Assembly (NCBI GenBank): GCA_907165135.1
Contig: OU015568.1
Coordinates: forward strand, 434,001 to 498,000
From: Oikopleura dioica
Taxonomy: Eukaryota > Animalia > Chordata
DNA length: 64,000 nucleotides
Reading direction: 5' to 3'
Below the pieces are notes generated by a model. The model was not told the origin of the DNA and did not search any database. It was given only the letters and a program-made list of their open reading frames with translations. Positions 59,691 to 64,000 of the stretch are shown piece after piece. How positions within the stretch are numbered: position 1 is the stretch's first letter; each line of letters opens with the position of its first letter. The position numbers and the translations under genes are program-made.

Positions 59691-62600
59691 TTTTTACATG
59701 TTGGTTTGATCTTTGTTTTCCTTATGTATATTTATTGTGAGCCCCTCCTTGCCTCTTCCGCCGAAAAACTTGCCTTAATCGAAGCTCATTTTCTTCAAAA
59801 TTTTACTGCCTAAAAACTTTCATCGGCGATGGCTGTGAATACTTGAATATCGTTCTTTGGCTACTTTTCAACTGTTTCGGGAACTTATATTTGCTCTTTT
59901 TTTTTTATGGTATTGTTTTAGTATGATGTGAATCTTCAAGATGCGACTGCGGCTAATTTGCGATGTGTACTACGAGGACGAACTCCTAAAGAATCTTTGG
60001 AAGAAAAGGAGGACACCGCCGCCAGCATACTCGTTGATGTCACTGAAGAAAGCGATCATGCACAGTGACTTTAGTTGCACTTATCGATTCGTAGTTGTTT
60101 AATTTAATGATTTTAGACACAAACCGAAGCTCAGAATCTCAAATTCCACTGGTTACGCCATTTCATCCGACGGAAGGACCAGATAATCTTGGTATTGTCT
60201 TATAAACCTACCGAAACAGCTGTTGAACTTATCGCCTTACATGTTGAGTTAGTCGGTGAGTCAGGAGGGGTTTCGCTAATCATGCGAGACGTTGATCTTT
60301 CGATATTTTCTATATCTAGCATAGTCCCTGATTTTTCTTGATGCAAAGAAGGTGATTTTTGAAAAATAATGTAAAAATGCTTTAGGGCTTATCTTTTTAA
60401 CAAGAGTGTGTTCTTGGCTTTAATTATAGTTTTTTGTTTTTGAATGTTTCATGTGTGGATTCTCTTGACTAAGTTATAAATGACAAATCAATTCCTAAAA
60501 ACACTCAGGACGGCGGTTATCTTTTGGAAAACGACGATTCTACCGAGCATGAGTAGCGGAGAAACGAGAGTGAACAGTTGAATCTGCAGCCGCTGGCCCA
60601 GAACTCGAGGTTTGTTTCTGATTAAGAATTCCAAGTCAAAAAGCCACTTTACCTGAAGGCGAGGGAATGCAAATAAAGCCGAGCAAGTAATTGAAGGCCA
60701 TAGTCGATCCTGACTATCGGTTAACCTTCTATTTTCTGTTGAAGCGATTTTACTTTACAAAGAGCTTTTTTTCATCATTCTTTAACTGATCTCTTGAATG
60801 AAGTACTCACCTATTTTCTCCGCGTGCCCTGAGAAGTTCTGGTATAATCTGTATTATGGGACATCTCTTTTAAATTTATTATACGTTGTTTCGAACTTAG
60901 CCGTCAATAATTAACTATGGTTTTATTTTAGAATGGCTATTAACCCTGATATCCTTGATTTGAATGATGAAGCGCAAGTTAATAACATTTTCTCTATATT
61001 ATCTTCTGCACGATTGCTTTATGGTGATAGACAAGTTTGGGGAGAAAATGTAAACCGCACCGAAGCATTGTGGAACGTTCGGGCAAATTTTTTTTTGTAT
61101 TCGGCTGCCCGATTGTTGCCGGATTTTTTTCCTTTGGCGGGTCTGATAGTTGCCTGATATTTTCCCTTCCTTATTTACCCGGGCGCGACTGATGTCCGGA
61201 AATTTAAAAATCTGTATATATTGAGGGAAAAAGATTAGTTCCTTTTTCGTAGTAAGAAAGACGCTCATGAAGACCCGATTCCTGATGCTTTAGTGATAAT
61301 TTTGTATTTACGGCCCATTAGTTGTCATTATTACTCTGTGCCCAGACTATCTCCTGGCGCCGATATTGCCCGTTTCCTGACCTTTTTTGCTTCTTAGCAT
61401 ATAAATATGAATCCTACGCCGCCTGTTTGCCTGTTCGCCTTGTTTTTTTGGCTGGGTTGCTCGATTCGTCCGTTCCGAACGTTTCACCATGCTTTTAGAC
61501 AAGGCACTTCTCCTTTCCAATCTGCACTGTGTGACTTTTACCTCTCGTCTTGGTTTGGTTGATTTGGAGGACGTAGAACTGCTCCGGCGGGCAATTGGTT
61601 TCGATATTTTGAAAGTCGAGTACTTGTTTCCCAACTCTCTACTTATCCTCTACTAATTTGTCTCTGTCTAGTTACTGCATCTCTATTCCTTATTGAAGAA
61701 TGGGCTGTTGTTTCGGAAAGAAGAGATTGCAGATGCCCTTATCTTTAAGTCCAGGCTGACTTATACCAATTTGCATCTCGTTAATTAATTTCATTCATTA
61801 TATATTCTTTTCGTTTTATTAAGTCACTGTTATGCTTCTCTTCTGTAAGTTCCAAATGGGCTTCAGAATCAACTATTGACGCCATCTCCTGCTATTTGGA
61901 TGTTCCTGGGGTTGATCAATTCGTTGCCAGGTATTTTATCAGTTTGAGGTTATGGAAGGTGAGTTGGCCATCCCGAACTGATTTTTAAAAATGATTATAG
62001 CTAAATTAGCGAGCTCGGAGCTTAAAAGACCAACAATGCCAAATGCTACCTGCTTAGTGATATAGATTTGCATCGGCCAAAGAGAACACTGACTCGAATT
62101 TGGAAATTTGAGGATATATTTAAAAATCGATCATTTTAAAAATTTCTACCTGCTAACATGAAGCTGCTTAACAGAACGAGACGCCAATTGTTGTCAAAAA
62201 AGTTGTCGCGCCTAAAAGCACTTATTTTCAAAAGCAAAATAAGCCTTATGGTTTTTCAAATCAGGTTTTTAAGCGCCATTTTTAAGCTGCATTTGCAGAA
62301 CGCCGTTCCCCTGCAGAACGTGGCCGCCCTACACCCCTGGGTGGTCGACTCACCTTCCATCCCTCATCAGTTTATAATTGCTTCATTATATTTTTAGTAA
62401 ATGTCGTGATCATTCTCATTACGCCTCTATTTTTGTTGGAGCTGGTTCACCGTCGTCAACTCAAATTTCAGCCAATTTCACCCCCTCTCATTTTGCTGCT
62501 ATTTCTGTTACCGACCATAATACTGCCTGGAATTAATAAACAATCGAAACCAATTATTTGACCGCGCTGCGTATGTAAGGGCGATTTCAAATTTTGTTGA

Positions 62601-64000
62601 CGGGCATTAATATTTTTTCGTTTTTTGCCGATATGAAAGAGCACAAAAAATGAGGCAGACTAGTGTATAAATTATCATCGTGGCTTTGTAATTACCTTAA
62701 TATCTTTAGGAGAAAGTCCAAAAATATTAAAACTTATCGAGTCGCGCTCTTATCGAGCTCTTATCGAGCTCATTCAATTTTCAGTTATAATAGAGCATGA
62801 TTTTACCGTTTCCCTGGCGTTTGCTTTAGCTACCAAAATTTGCTTTGTTAGAATCACTGATATAAGAAATATTTGATCTTTATATTATATAAATTATATG
62901 ATTTATGGCTAACTTTATAATAATACCAATTCGAATGAATGACTTAATTTTTTATTACCAACCATAGTTGTAGAAAGAACATTTATATTGAGCTTGGATT
63001 GAAAACAAGTTATGGTTTTTCAAAAATCATATCAAGAAAGTTTTCCTAGTAAAAATAAAAATAAGGCTACTTCCGCATTTCCCAAAATCCTGGATTCTAA
63101 ATCCTGGATTTCTTAAAATCCTGAATTTGAAATGCTTGAATCTGAAATTTCGTCATAAATACTTGGCTGCAGGTTGATATTGTTATAATTGTCGATATGA
63201 GATTTGTTAATCTGATTCTTTTTTTTTCAAATGGTTTATCTTGGATTTGAAATTTTTGTTTTTAATGCTTTATTGCTGCTCTGTCTTGCCTTGATTTTAA
63301 ATTAGCCTTTCTCATAATTGATTTTCTCTCTATATGATTAATTGGTTTTGGTGCTTCTCGGTGCTTCACTTTATGTAGATATTAAGGCTTGCATCGCGAT
63401 AATAATGTGTATATTAACTGGAATTCGAGTTTTATCTTGTTCCATTCAAATATGTTGCATGGTGCATATATTATTTATTTCTAAATAGAACAAATGAATC
63501 ATTCTCTGATTTTCTTACGGTTTAGTATTCATCATCCTTTTATCGTTGCACATAATAATTTTTTTTTAATTTTATCTGATAAGTTATTATCGATGAATTC
63601 TTTATAATTGTGCCGGTCCTTATTCTCTTCAAAAATGTTGGCGCTCAATTGTCGGTTATATCCTCTCTTCGATCTTCTTGGGGTCTGTGGGTTGGGTATT
63701 TATTTAAAATTTTTTTCTTGTAGTATTCTTTCTCATTATATTGATTATATGCGTTTTCCAGTTCTACTTTTGGCATATTTTGTTTCTAGTTGATTATTAG
63801 GTACCCTTGTCGAATGGTACTCATTTTCGTAGCTTACTTGACTCATTCTTCCAAATGACTGAATTGTATTTTTTGAAAACCTAAAACATCGTCCTTCTTA
63901 CCATTCGTACTGGGTCCGTGATACTTCTAGTCACTCTTGGGATCTCTTCAGTGACAATCAGTGGTGCCGGATAATGCTGCGGTAATGGGCTCATTGGCGT

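Noticed and set aside
60118-60340. LKFHWLRH as a tyrosine-recombinase HxLRH motif
   Set aside because: The frame does not join the upstream exon at the obvious splice sites, and no other recombinase catalytic residues are visible.

Overview
Gene-dense animal genomic DNA with many 35-55 nt introns and several GA-AG/GC-AG introns. This pattern and the gene content point to the larvacean tunicate Oikopleura (likely O. dioica); that is an inference, not a database match. Recognisable genes: a disrupted EGF/TIL/Sushi extracellular protein, two kelch-like family genes, several oikosin-like secreted proteins, a stand-alone Maf pyrophosphatase, an ABCC1/MRP1-type transporter, a Rap1GAP-like gene with a carbohydrate sulfotransferase nested in one intron, CRIM1, STPG1, prohormone convertase PC2, an S100-like protein and a GPI-anchored Ly6/uPAR-type protein. 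Structural features: an apparently exact 2.94-kb tandem duplication, several MITEs/foldbacks, a short telomeric-type repeat and a T-skewed orphan block (56.2-64 kb). The top observation is a spliced minus-strand prepropeptide at 51741-52795, not visible in the ORF track. It ends in RYRR-PQVP-CFRGLDRLSSGGFAC-GLYLS, which resembles a natriuretic-peptide ring, a hormone family I know only from vertebrates. Exon models were built by eye and need transcript confirmation.
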